Notes under the pieces: generated by a model
The model's input: the letters and a program-made list of their open reading frames with translations, nothing else
The model's database searches: none
Told to the model about the DNA's origin: nothing
Part shown: piece after piece, positions 24,517 through 34,100 of the stretch
Layout: each line of letters opens with the position of its first letter
Position numbering within the stretch: position 1 is the stretch's first letter
Virus record (IMG/VR): IMGVR_UViG_2913820460_000006
Location: 1 to 64,000 of that record
DNA: 64,000 nt
From: a virus
Taxonomy: Duplodnaviria > Caudoviricetes
Strand: one strand, 5' to 3'
Made by a program: the position numbers and the translations under genes

Positions 24517-26613
24517 TTATATTGTAGCTGCTGAAACAGCTTTTTTCTTTTTGATAACAAATCGTCCGATACGAAGCACAATCTTTGGAATTTCCATTTC
24601 AAAGAAACATATATGCAAGCCTATGGCTCTTGTCATTAGCAAGTCATCATGTTTACCGGTAATCGCTCCGAAAGCTCCGTTCGGTTTTTTCTCGTAACAC
24701 AAATATTCGTCCAGGCAACGTTCGTCACGTTCTGTGTATAAATTCTCACGAATAACCTTGACTAAGGTTGATATAATCATTGGTTTGGTTGAGACATTGG
24801 TATGGAAGCCGTATTTGGTAGGCAATCCCTCGCGTACGGCTTCTTCGGACTGACCACGTGCATAGAGATTAGGGTAAATCTCTTTGATTTGATTAAGGAT
24901 GAACTGTGACTGGTCGCCATCTACCTGCCGCTCCTTGTCATGCGTTTCCAAGGTGTTGCTTTCTATCACCAAGAGTGAATTGTCATAAAAAGCCGCTATT
25001 TGTGCCGCTTTCCACGCAAGCTGGTCGATGTCGCAATGTCCGTACCATTGTGCCACTACGACAGGCTTGCCACCATCAATCATAAACAGACGGTCAAGCA
25101 CAAGAACAACAGAGAAGTCTGCTTTATTGGAGCGTCCACCCACATCGACAATCGTGAGGTAACGATTTGTAACAACTTCCTTTTCATCTGTTTCCGGCAA
25201 CTCCCAAATATGCAACAATCCCTGTTTGTCTTTCACAAAACGCAAGTTCTGCAAAGCGTTCTTGCCCTCATCCGCATCGGCACAGACTTCACCGACATAT
25301 TTAGGTTTCTTGCAGGTCTTACGCATTGCATCGACCTTGTATTTGTCGAACACACGTGCTCCCGAATGTACGAAGGCTTCCACATCATCAGACGGAAATT
25401 CGGCAGCCATCTGCCCATGGTCATTGTACTTCCTGCGTTCGGCTATGTACCAATGGATAGCTTCGAGCGTAGCACCTTTTTCCCACAGCGACCAAAGATA
25501 CTTACCGCATTCCTCACGTTCGGAATCTGTATTTTCATTGTCCCGATTCTGATAAAGCCATTCTGCAAAATCCCATTTTTCTTTGTCCGAATCAAAAGCG
25601 AGTGTATATTGCTCGATGTCGAACCATGAAACGAACATTGCCTCGAACTGGGATTTCCCTTCTTTTGCGGCAGTATATTCGCGATGAAAGAAGTTCCCGG
25701 TGCCATTTGCTGTGCTTTCATAAACAATCATGGTGTAGGGCTTGAGGAGAATACCCGAACAGGCGGAGCGCACAATGTCTTCCGGTTTCTTTCCCTCCGT
25801 AGCCTTCCATATTCCCACTTCGGAGAGATGTACAAGATTGTAATCACCGCCACGACACGAATCCGGGCGTTCAGCCGTACCAATCTTGATTTTGCAGTTA
25901 CGCTGCGGAATACGCGATATACTTCCCGATTTTCCCACTCCTACAATCTTCGGCTCGTTCTCATTGTAGGCTTCATCAATTTTATAGAGCATTTCGACAG
26001 GATAACTTTTAATCATCCGGTCGAACATATCCTTGATTTCATCGGAGCCTGCGCCCTGATGTGCAATGATAAGTGAGTTTAAGCCGGTTTTGTGAAGCAG
26101 CTGCAACCATGCCATATAAAGCTGTGAAGTGGTGGAACCACCCCATTGCCGTGCTTTAAGCAGGATGATGCGTATCGGTTTCCCTGCAATACGCAATTTC
26201 TCAAGCCGATCCACAAAACGCCGTTGAGGTCTTGTCAGACGAAACAGGACATCCTCACCGCCGCCTTTGGCCTTGATATAGACAAATGTTGCCGCCCAAA
26301 ACGGAAAATCCTCGCGGCTGCGTATTCGTACAAACTGCTCTATGACCTTCAAGCGATCATCCTGATTGTCTTCCACGCCCATGTAGTCCGTGAGAAATTT
26401 GGAAATAGAACCGGCTTCGATGAGTTGGCGTACAAGCGGCACTTTCATGATACGTTCCGGTAACCACTGGGTATGTATAGGAAAGTCACTGATGGTACAC
26501 TTTACACGTTTACCGACAGAACCTTCTCCGGTAATTGGATTGAACTTTGCATATACAATCGCATTGCGGCGTTCATTCTCTGTCAATATGTCCTTGATGG
26601 CCTTATCTTTCAT
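24517..26613 (-). CDS. terL: Terminase large subunit
   Basis: IILLKARQWGGST ATPase motif, VHLSEV Walker B, YESTANG coupling motif, nuclease IVDVGG and HDDLLM. Confidence 0.9.
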   Translation of the reverse strand: MKDKAIKDILTENERRNAIVYAKFNPITGEGSVGKRVKCTISDFPIHTQWLPERIMKVPLVRQLIEAGSISKFLTDYMGVEDNQDDRLKVIEQFVRIRSREDFPFWAATFVYIKAKGGGEDVLFRLTRPQRRFVDRLEKLRIAGKPIRIILLKARQWGGSTTSQLYMAWLQLLHKTGLNSLIIAHQGAGSDEIKDMFDRMIKSYPVEMLYKIDEAYNENEPKIVGVGKSGSISRIPQRNCKIKIGTAERPDSCRGGDYNLVHLSEVGIWKATEGKKPEDIVRSACSGILLKPYTMIVYESTANGTGNFFHREYTAAKEGKSQFEAMFVSWFDIEQYTLAFDSDKEKWDFAEWLYQNRDNENTDSEREECGKYLWSLWEKGATLEAIHWYIAERRKYNDHGQMAAEFPSDDVEAFVHSGARVFDKYKVDAMRKTCKKPKYVGEVCADADEGKNALQNLRFVKDKQGLLHIWELPETDEKEVVTNRYLTIVDVGGRSNKADFSVVLVLDRLFMIDGGKPVVVAQWYGHCDIDQLAWKAAQIAAFYDNSLLVIESNTLETHDKERQVDGDQSQFILNQIKEIYPNLYARGQSEEAVREGLPTKYGFHTNVSTKPMIISTLVKVIRENLYTERDERCLDEYLCYEKKPNGAFGAITGKHDDLLMTRAIGLHICFFEMEIPKIVLRIGRFVIKKKKAVSAATI

Positions 26614-27121
26614 GGTGCATGATTTTAACAGGCTTGTTTAGCAGAGCCATGATGAGTCCCAATACATAACACCAAAGATGCAATACGGCATTTATGCCCG
26701 GAAACAGGAAGCCTGCCACAAGGTAAAACAGCATCCATAACTGATAATACCGTTTACGTAATACCTCAAACGATATTGAACCAAACAGGGCGAAAACCAA
26801 TCCGGACAATCCTACCGTTGGCGAATCCATTGTCGTGAAATATCCAAGGGTATCAACTGGAACTGTAACAGCAATCATATAGGCTGACAGCAATCTTCCT
26901 ATCCCAATATCGTAAATGAAAATAATCGATAATAAACACCATGAATTGAGCAAGGCATGAAACATATTCGTATGGAAAAACGGATACAGCAAGCGTTCTG
27001 GCATATTACTTCCAGCGTAAATGCCGACAGTTTGCCAATCCCATTCTCCTGAAAATGACAAACACACAATCATGGCAGAAATCAGGAGAGCCGTAATCTT
27101 CTCAACTTTTCTTGCATCCAT
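26603..27121 (-). CDS. Rhomboid-family intramembrane serine protease
   Basis: Several hydrophobic helices; RLLYPFFH.N.FHALLN, catalytic VGLSG (GxSG) and NAVLH. Confidence 0.85.
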   Translation of the reverse strand: MDARKVEKITALLISAMIVCLSFSGEWDWQTVGIYAGSNMPERLLYPFFHTNMFHALLNSWCLLSIIFIYDIGIGRLLSAYMIAVTVPVDTLGYFTTMDSPTVGLSGLVFALFGSISFEVLRKRYYQLWMLFYLVAGFLFPGINAVLHLWCYVLGLIMALLNKPVKIMHHER

Positions 27122-27516
27122 CGTTTTTTAGCCTTGCATATCATCATCTTGGCACTACCCGGCGTGAGGTAGAATTTCGGTGCGGGTTGAGCAATCACTT
27201 TAGCACACAGCTCAGAAATGGTAAGTTCCGGGTATTCTGATTTGAGAGCGACAACCCTTGTATGAATTTCCTCATACATTTCTTTCTTCAACGGCCGCAT
27301 ACCGCTTAAATCGTTCTCACCCCTCATCATGACGGAAACGACCAATGCTGCACGAATATCGCTGACCCAAAACCTCCGGGACGGCATGTTTACAATTACT
27401 TTATACACTTCAGGCATACGGATATAATCACACGATGAAATGTATTCATCGTATGCTCTCATCAAGTCGTTCATACGCTCCATAGAGTATTCCATAACTG
27501 CTCCTTTATGCTTCAT
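27082..27516 (-). CDS. Hypothetical helical protein with possible C-terminal HTH
   Basis: ATG at 27516 (MKHKGAVMEYS) preferred; C-terminus ISELCAKVI...FYLTPGSAKMMICK is HTH-like by eye only. Confidence 0.65.
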   Translation of the reverse strand: MKHKGAVMEYSMERMNDLMRAYDEYISSCDYIRMPEVYKVIVNMPSRRFWVSDIRAALVVSVMMRGENDLSGMRPLKKEMYEEIHTRVVALKSEYPELTISELCAKVIAQPAPKFYLTPGSAKMMICKAKKRWMQEKLRRLRLS

Positions 27517-27555
27517 TTTTCTTCCCGTTATAGTACCAAAGTTACCAATAGGAGC

Positions 27556-27599
27556 GTAAAAAGATAAACATGACATTCTGCTTTCCCTGCCTATTTTTG
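27556..27599 (+). promoter_or_regulatory. Putative late promoter, motif copy 4 (scaffold/capsid operon)
   Basis: GTAAAAAGATAA-N24-TATTTTTG, 37 bp upstream of the 27637 start. Confidence 0.7.
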
Positions 27600-27636
27600 T
27601 CTTGTAGAATCTGACTATAAATTAAATTTTTGAATT

Positions 27637-28428
27637 ATGTCTAATAATACGGAAGTTAAGAGCAATCGCGAGCGATACACAGAGCGATTGAAAGCAAAGT
27701 ATCCGGACAGAGAATTTGCCGATGATGAAGCGTTATTCGGTCAAATCAATGACGATTACGATGGTTACGACAAGGAATTGTCCGGTTACAAGGAACGTGA
27801 AAAAGCGCTGTCCGACCTGTTTGCAAGCAACCCGCAAAGTGCCGCTTTCCTTACTGACTGGAGAAAAGGCGAAGACCCTATCATCGGTATGGTGCGCAAA
27901 TTCGGGGATGATTTCAAGGCCGCACTTGAAGACCCCGAAAAGCAGGAGGCACTTGCAGCCGCCAACAAGGAATTTGCGGAACGAATCGCCCAAGAGAAAG
28001 AGTACGAGGGAGAGTATCAGAAGAACCTCGACGAAACCCTGACCACCCTTGAAGCCATGCAACAGGAAGAAGGATTGCCGGATGAGGACATCGACAGCGC
28101 AATGGATTTCCTTGTAGGCATTGTACGTGACGGAATCATGGGTAAGTTTACACGTGAAAGTATAGAAATGGCCATAAAAGCAATCAGGCACGACAGCGAT
28201 GTGGAAGCTGCCGGACACGAGGGTGAAGTAAAGGGGCGCAACAGCAAGATTGAAGAAAAACTACGCAAAGCAGGCAAAAATGACGGTACAGCCGACCTTG
28301 CCGGTAAAAACGGTGGTGGCAGTGGCGGTTCACGACAGATGCCTGACCTCGGTGCAATCGGGCGTTATGATGGTACACAGAACATTTGGGAGCGTGGCGG
28401 TGAAAAACGCAAGGCGATAAACAGATAA
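27637..28428 (+). CDS. Putative capsid scaffold protein
   Basis: Acidic, helical 263-aa protein directly upstream of the major capsid gene. Confidence 0.65.
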   Translation: MSNNTEVKSNRERYTERLKAKYPDREFADDEALFGQINDDYDGYDKELSGYKEREKALSDLFASNPQSAAFLTDWRKGEDPIIGMVRKFGDDFKAALEDPEKQEALAAANKEFAERIAQEKEYEGEYQKNLDETLTTLEAMQQEEGLPDEDIDSAMDFLVGIVRDGIMGKFTRESIEMAIKAIRHDSDVEAAGHEGEVKGRNSKIEEKLRKAGKNDGTADLAGKNGGGSGGSRQMPDLGAIGRYDGTQNIWERGGEKRKAINR

Positions 28429-28469
28429 ATATAAACCAATTACATTTTTAACTTTTAAAATTTCGAGCA

Positions 28470-29912
28470 ATGAAGAAAACAATGAGTTTCTTTTGTCGCA
28501 TTACGCTGATGATATTGGCGTTTGTGACGGGTGCATCAAGCGGTGTCATGATGGCAGAAGCATCGAACCTGCCTGATGCGGGTAAAACAACAGCCGGTGC
28601 GGACGGTACGGGTGGAACAGACGGTATTTCCACTGAAACAGGAGGGCGTGAAACCGGTGACCCAAATTTCTATTTGAGTGATGTGGACAAACGCATCGTG
28701 AAAATCCGTCCGATGGCTACTCCAATTGACCAAATCAGCCGTTATGCAAAATCAAGCTCCACCAATTCATTTGAAGTGAAGTATTACAGCGTGGGTACAC
28801 GTGAAATCAAATGCAGTACCAACAAAAAGCTGGAAGCTATGCTCAGCGGTGCGAGCGTGTCGTTGCCGGTAGATGATTTGAATATGTTCACGTTGGATGA
28901 TACCATTAGGGTAGTCGGTGTCAGTGCCATCACCAAACCGGACGGAACGAAATATACGGAAGATGACAGCAACGTTCCGGACCTCGTGCTTTGTGTGTGC
29001 GGAAAGGACAGCTCAACAAATCTTCCTACAGTGTATGCCGTAAATGGCAAAATGGATGATTCAAGCAAACAGCCGATTCTTGTTCCGGAAATTCCACAAG
29101 GAACAACGCTTGTACGCATGGGAAAAGCATGTGGGGAATTGGATGTTCAGACAGGACGATTCAATAATATCCCTATGCCTGAAACCCAGTATTGTCAGAA
29201 CTTCATGATTCAGGTAGAGCAATCAACTTTTGACAAGATTGCCGCCAAAGAAGTGAACTGGAATTTCTCAGACATTGAAGAAGACGGTGTATATGATATG
29301 CGCCTCGCAATGGAAAATACTTATCTGTTCGGTGTGAAGCAGGTTATCAAGCACATTGCAAAGGACGGCATGAACACTTGGTTTACAGGTGGTATCTGGT
29401 GGATGGCCGGAAAGGACATCGAGGTGGGCGAATGGGATACTGACAAGAAATGCGCCATAATTACCGATGAAAACCTTGTGGATATTACCAAAGACCTTTT
29501 TGTTGGTACCGGCATCGGTAACAAGCGTAAGATTTTATTTTGTGGAAGTGATATGCTCTCTGCATTCTCCAAGATAAAGAGCGAAAAATTCCGCTTGAAA
29601 GATACCGTGGAGGTATGGAACTTGAAATTCAAATCTTGGGATACTGATTTCGGAGAAGTATTGACCATACATCATGAACTGTTCGATGTAAACGGAATGA
29701 GTGATTGCGGCTTTGCAATGGATCCGGAATATCTTTCCAAAAAAACACATGTGTCTTGGGCACGTAACGTACTCGACTTGCAAAAGGCCGGTATCCGCCG
29801 TACCGATGCGGTAGTTATCCAAGAGGTGAGCTGCCTGTATCTGCGCTATGCAAAGGCACATGCACGTATGAGACTGGCTAAAGCACCCGCCCAAGATTTA
29901 AATGCGGCATAA
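28470..29912 (+). CDS. Major capsid protein
   Basis: 480 aa after the scaffold gene and followed by a terminator; N-terminal RPMATPIDQI, YCQNFMIQVEQST, C-terminal strand-rich HK97-type pattern. Confidence 0.75.
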   Translation: MKKTMSFFCRITLMILAFVTGASSGVMMAEASNLPDAGKTTAGADGTGGTDGISTETGGRETGDPNFYLSDVDKRIVKIRPMATPIDQISRYAKSSSTNSFEVKYYSVGTREIKCSTNKKLEAMLSGASVSLPVDDLNMFTLDDTIRVVGVSAITKPDGTKYTEDDSNVPDLVLCVCGKDSSTNLPTVYAVNGKMDDSSKQPILVPEIPQGTTLVRMGKACGELDVQTGRFNNIPMPETQYCQNFMIQVEQSTFDKIAAKEVNWNFSDIEEDGVYDMRLAMENTYLFGVKQVIKHIAKDGMNTWFTGGIWWMAGKDIEVGEWDTDKKCAIITDENLVDITKDLFVGTGIGNKRKILFCGSDMLSAFSKIKSEKFRLKDTVEVWNLKFKSWDTDFGEVLTIHHELFDVNGMSDCGFAMDPEYLSKKTHVSWARNVLDLQKAGIRRTDAVVIQEVSCLYLRYAKAHARMRLAKAPAQDLNAA

Positions 29913-29942
29913 TAAAGAGTTCATAAAGAATTATTAATTACC

Positions 29943-29974
29943 GGGGATGGGATAAGGTGTCCCGTCCCCTTTTT
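29943..29974 (+). terminator. Rho-independent terminator after the capsid gene
   Basis: GGGGATGGGATA-AGG-TGTCCCGTCCCC stem (2 G-T pairs) followed by TTTTT. Confidence 0.75.
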
Positions 29975-29986
29975 ACTTTTAAGAAT

Positions 29987-30490
29987 ATGATTACGAAAAC
30001 CTACAAGGCGAATACCAATATCAGTATTAATGTGGTACTTCCGAGCAAGAAGAACCTGCATATCGCATTCGTTCCATTGTCAAACGGAAGCAGTGTATTC
30101 ACTACCGACAACGAGGACATACAGAAGTCTGTAGAGAACCATTACAAGTTTGGCAAACTGTTCAAACTTCATTCTGTGCACGGGCAATCCGAGACAGTAG
30201 AAACAGCCGGAAAAGCGTCTAAAAACGGTTCATCTGAAAAACTTCATTCCGAAAGTACGCACAATGGTGAAGACACGCCTGCCAACGAAACCGGCAGACA
30301 GGACGAAATGCCGCAAGAAGACGCAGGGGATAACAATACGACATCTCGCAAAGTCAAAGTAAGCGACATTGCAAGTGCAAAAGATTACCTTGCAGACACT
30401 TTCGGTATCAGCCGCACTTCCATGCGCTCGACCAAGGCAATCATGGAGCAGGCAGCAGCAAACGGAATTGAGTTTGAAGGTCTGGAATAA
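29987..30490 (+). CDS. Hypothetical structural-module protein
   Basis: ATG at 29987 (MITKTYKAN); two small domains joined by an acidic linker. Confidence 0.7.
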   Translation: MITKTYKANTNISINVVLPSKKNLHIAFVPLSNGSSVFTTDNEDIQKSVENHYKFGKLFKLHSVHGQSETVETAGKASKNGSSEKLHSESTHNGEDTPANETGRQDEMPQEDAGDNNTTSRKVKVSDIASAKDYLADTFGISRTSMRSTKAIMEQAAANGIEFEGLE

Positions 30491-30502
30491 AGATAAGGGC
30501 TT

Positions 30503-31141
30503 ATGGCTGTATATCAGAAGAACAAAATACAGGAGGATGTACGCACCGCCCTGGACCAAAACATGAACAGCGATACGTTGAAGATTATAGGCGATGTGGA
30601 CACTCTTGCACTTGACGACATCATTGCATCAAAGATTTTGGAAGCAGTAAAGCGTGTGCACAGCTCTGCACCGTCCTATTTGCTTGACGGCGGACACAAC
30701 TTCGGTGATGCCATATATTGGAAAGAGCATGAAAGCGGATGGATATTACTGCCGGAAGATTTCATGCGTTTTGTCGTTTTCCAAATGAACGATTGGGAGC
30801 GTGCGGTATTTAATCCCATAAACACCGATGACCCTGAATATGAAAAACAGTCTTCCCGATTTAAAGGCATAAGAGGAACGTGTCAACGGCCTGTATGCGC
30901 CATATCCATACGACCGGAAGGAAGAGTGATGGAATTTTATTCATGCAAAACGACAGAAGCGAAAGTGAGCCGTGCTGTATATCTGCCTTACCCGAAAATA
31001 GACAAATATGGCGCGGTAGAAATCTGTGAGAAATGTTATGATGCTGTGATATATACCATAGCTGCATTAGTATTAACGACATTCGGCGATACGGAAAAAA
31101 GTGCCGCATTGAACGAATTGGCTAAATCTGTATTAATATGA
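30503..31141 (+). CDS. Putative head-tail adaptor/connector
   Basis: 212 aa after the capsid module; helical N- and C-termini with a beta-rich middle; positional inference. Confidence 0.5.
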   Translation: MAVYQKNKIQEDVRTALDQNMNSDTLKIIGDVDTLALDDIIASKILEAVKRVHSSAPSYLLDGGHNFGDAIYWKEHESGWILLPEDFMRFVVFQMNDWERAVFNPINTDDPEYEKQSSRFKGIRGTCQRPVCAISIRPEGRVMEFYSCKTTEAKVSRAVYLPYPKIDKYGAVEICEKCYDAVIYTIAALVLTTFGDTEKSAALNELAKSVLI

Positions 31142-34100
31142 GTTACGAATCAAAGCATATAGACGGTGATGTCTCCGTTGGTCGCAATACAGCGATAGGT
31201 GGTGACGCGACCGTTCAGGGAAAGACCCACTTGAAAGGAAACGTAATGGTGGACGGCTGGCTTGAGGCAAAAAATATCAAGGGAGTGAGCAAAGGACTGT
31301 TCACGACCATCGAAAAACTGAAAGCGGCTTATCCTTTACCACATGACGGATGGTGGGCACTTGTGGGTGTTTCCTTACCAGCTCCCATATATGTGGGCGA
31401 TGGCGGAGAATGGGTTCCGACCGGACAGAGTGGAGGCAACCCGACCATAGACAGCGGTCAGTATAACGAAGCCGTAGAAAAACTGCAAGAGGATATTACC
31501 AAACTGCAGGACGACATTACGGATATAGAAGCCCGCAACAAAGCGCAAGACACCAACCTCACCACGCTTGGTGATAGTGTCAACTCGTTGCAAGACCAAG
31601 TAAACACGACCAAGGATACTGCAAACAAGGCAAACAACAAGGCGAATGAAGTTGGAAGCCAACTGAACTCTTTCAAAGAATCAAAAGGTGAAAACGGAGG
31701 AATCGCCCCTCTTGACGAACAAGGGAAAGTACCGAGCCGACATTTGCCCGGATACATTGATGACGTGGTAGATTTTTATGGCATTTCCGTAGGCATTACT
31801 GTAAAAAATGAATCCATAGACAAAAATTCCAACGATGAGGGTTGTAAAGTTGTATATGATAAGGAACATGGTTGCTTTGTGCTTGCATACGTTCCGACAA
31901 TCGGAGAATCCGAGACTGCTACTTATTATAACAACTGGTTGGATGCAGATGTTTTCGGTACGGCAAGTACAAACGGGCGAATACCCTCTTCCGGCAAAGT
32001 CTTTCTATGTGAAGAAGATGGAAAAAGTTATCGTTGGAGCGGTAAGCAACTGACTTCAATTGGCTCCGACCTTGCTCTCGGACATACAAGCTCTACTGCA
32101 TTCCCCGGTGATGAAGGTGCGAAGTTACAGGAAGATATGAAGCAGGTCGAAGAAAACAAGAAGGCAATACTTTCACTCAATAAACAAGTCGTATCGCGTA
32201 GCGTTGTGAATGTCAATCATCTGTTTGACCTTTCAGATAGGGAGATAACATTTTCCGTAGCACTTGACAGGTGTGCGACTTCTGAATATGCTTCTGCTTT
32301 GCAGATTCCGGGTGTTGTCTTGATATTCCTTACAGAAGCCGGATGGGTTTCAAAACAATGGACAAATACCTCTGATTGGAGTAAAGAAAGCAACTGGACG
32401 GATTTCGGGACTTCCGGTGGTGGAAACGTAGGCAACACCATCAACGTGAACGACCTTTGCGGAGATGGAGAATATACTTTGGGAACAGCCATAAAAGCTG
32501 TTGTTGACCTTGAGAAAGAAAGCGGGTTCTCTTATTTGAAAAGCGGTATCGTCCTTACATTCAAGACTGCGGAAAGTGATAAAAATGGCGCACCTGTATG
32601 GCTTGCCTATCAGTTCACACGCGATAAGAGTGACATCAGCCCTGATGATCTGAAACCGTGGGTAGCATTCGGCAGTGGCGGAAGCAAGGTGGAAACATCC
32701 GACAAACCGGCAGAGGGAGGAAAAGATGCCCTTTCCACAGGCGGGGCATACATAATGCAGGAGAAAGCTATCGGCGGATTTGATGAAGAAAGTGATGAAG
32801 ACTACATTTACTACAAAGCCACCAATCTGAATGGCGGACAGATAGAGGATATTGTGCTTAAAATACCCAAAAATGGAGGTGGTGGCGGCTCCAGTGAGGA
32901 TAGTACATTGTCTATCTACTTCGAGGAAGCCGCTCCTATTATGGCATTCGGCTCAGAGATAAAAATCAATGTAGCTTTGCGTAGTGTCAGCTATCCTGAT
33001 GGTAACGAGGTGCTTGGTGTCATTCGTAACATCACTATTATTGATGCAAGCACCGGACTGACATTATCCAGTGAGGATATGAACACTGTAGGCTCTGCAA
33101 GTGCGACCGATTACAAGTTTGAACTTGACTTCACAAGTTATTTCAGCAGTGCCGCCAGCAAAAGCTTCTTTGTGCAAGCTACAGATTCGGATGGAAATAC
33201 CAAGAAAAAAGCCATTACCATTATGGCTGTGGATATTACCGTAGAACAACCCATGGCTTTGAATTACACAAGTGATACTATCCTTGTTGCAGGTGGTCCG
33301 GCAAAAAATATCGGACAATTCTATAAATTCCCTAATAACACTTCATCCATTCTTGCAGTAGTGGAGATGTTCTATAATGGAGAATGGAAGAAACTTGGTG
33401 AAGCAACGGTAAGCGACAGTTATACCAAAGGCATCTCTGTCAATCCAACAAATGTATTCGGTGGCGGAGAAAGACTTTCGCATGGCGCATATCCTGTACG
33501 AATATACGGTACGGAGAAGAAATCCGGAGTAAAGGGAAACACCATCTATTCCGCTATCATGTGTGTGGACGAAAACAGTAATACTCCCATCGTCGCCATC
33601 AGGTTCAATGACAAGAACAACGGCACGTTACGTTTATATGACAACCTTACCGTAGAGGTGGCTGCGTATACTCCCGGCAAGACTGAAACGCATGTAGATG
33701 TTTTCTACAGCGAGGAGAAAGTTACAGCTGTGGAAGCTATGATTGCCGAAACGGTTACAGTGAACAAGCAGATAAGCGGATATAGTACGGACGGAAGCCA
33801 AAGTATTACCGTACATGCCGAAAGTGGCGGTGTATCCACCAATGAAATCAAGGTTACGATAAAAGGGAGTGCCATTGATATAGCGATCAAGGACGGTGCT
33901 TTGTTCGGATATGATTTTTCTACACGTAGCAACAGTGAGAGCGATCATACTATCACACATAACGGAGTGACAATGGATGTACGAGGTGCAAACTGGTCAA
34001 GCAACGGATTTGTAGACTTTCTTAAGGAGCGTTCTTTGCGTATTGCAGAAAATGTAACAGCTGAAGTATTGGATTACCATCCTTTTGGAAACGCATCAGT

